From positions 12,338,001-12,402,000 of the forward strand of contig OX597841.1 of the NCBI GenBank assembly GCA_951406725.2: 64,000 bases of DNA, read 5' to 3'. Below the pieces are notes generated by a model, which saw nothing but the letters and a program-made list of their open reading frames with translations, made no database searches and had not been told where the DNA came from. Every line of letters starts with the position of its first letter. Positions within the stretch are counted from its first letter, which is position 1. This DNA is from Octopus vulgaris. Taxonomy: Eukaryota. This document shows, in pieces, positions 62,926 to 64,000 of this stretch. Position numbers and translations under genes: made by a program.

Positions 62926-63244
62926 CACTTACCCCTCTCTCTCTATATATATATGTGTGTGTGTGTGTGTATGTAAGTATGTAGGTATACATGTGTATAT
63001 ATATATATTATAATGTATGCATATATAATACATACGTGCGCGCACACACACACACGCGGCGTGTATTTAACTTCCACTTTCTGAAGTCATAAATACATGT
63101 GTATGAATTTGTAATGGCGGATAGCAGTGCCACTTCCGGCGGAAGAAAGCAGGGAGGGCTTTGTATCCGGCCGGAAGTATTGGCCAACTGACTTCACTCG
63201 TGTGATTTTAATCTAGGAATGTGTGTGTGTGTGTGTGTGTGTGC

Positions 63245-63279
<35 letters not shown>

Positions 63280-63440
63280 TGTGCCTCCGTTGTGTTTGTG
63301 TGCACATGTGTAAGTGTGCATGCGTGTGTACACATGTATTTACATATATATATATGTGTATGTATGAGTGTGTGTGCGTGCGTATATATATATACATATA
63401 TACATATATATATATATATACACATACAAGTACACACTCA

Positions 63441-63490
<50 letters not shown>

Positions 63491-64000
63491 CATATATATA
63501 CGCACACACGCATGTATATACATGCATGTATATACACACACTACAAACGACAATAAAAATAGGACCACACAATGTAATGAATGTTAAAACGAAAATAAAC
63601 AGAAATTAGATTGTGTGTGTGTAAATTCACACATTTGAGGCATTTTTATGGCCCCAATCTCTCTGACAGCTCCCGGCACACTCCATGATGGAGGTGGAGG
63701 AGTGCGATAGCGGCGGGTTGGTGGAGGCGGGGCGTGGAGGGGGGGGCTGAGAGAAGTGTTTATTGCACAATTGCAACATGCAAGATAAGAACAACAACGA
63801 CAACAACAAAAACAGCAGCAGTTGTTGTTGTTGTTGTTGTTGTTAGTATTTAATGTCGGGGCAGCTGTGGGCAGTTTATGTGTTGCCAAGGGAGAAGATG
63901 AACTTTAGCGTCCCCTTTCGATGGTCCGAAGGGGATAATTGTCGACAAAGTTGATCCCGGCAGTGTTTGAACTCGGAACGACGGGATTACAGCAAAACAA

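Noticed and set aside
63584-63889. 101-aa ORF with polyN, Cys and Pro tracts
   Set aside because: Low-complexity (CAA)/(GTT) repeats with no domain or splice support.

Overview
Eukaryotic, AT-rich genomic DNA dense in microsatellites and transposons, most likely from an octopus (inferred from the SINE/LINE repertoire, not proven). Two spliced protein-coding genes lie head to head. (1) On the minus strand, a CFAP144/FAM183-family ciliary gene has three coding exons in the window (16103-16232, 12330-12389, 1064-1167), a near-palindromic RFX X-box upstream, and continues off the left edge. (2) On the plus strand, a complete FZR1/Cdh1 gene (APC/C co-activator) has 13 coding exons (35458-51565, 483 aa; C-box, WD40 propeller, IR tail) and a probable non-coding first exon near 21437-21567. 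The rest is tRNA-derived SINEs, 3' fragments of CR1/L2-, RTE- and R4-type LINEs, Helitron pieces, piggyBac- and Tc1/mariner-type MITEs, and simple repeats; most listed ORFs are microsatellite artefacts. The most notable non-routine signals are short fold-back elements carrying a minimal hammerhead-ribozyme fold with a variant core (Penelope-like), a perfect 95-bp intronic hairpin in FZR1, and a cluster of X-boxes just after the FZR1 stop codon. I found no evidence for a wholly new multi-gene system. Transposon boundaries are approximate unless terminal motifs are quoted.
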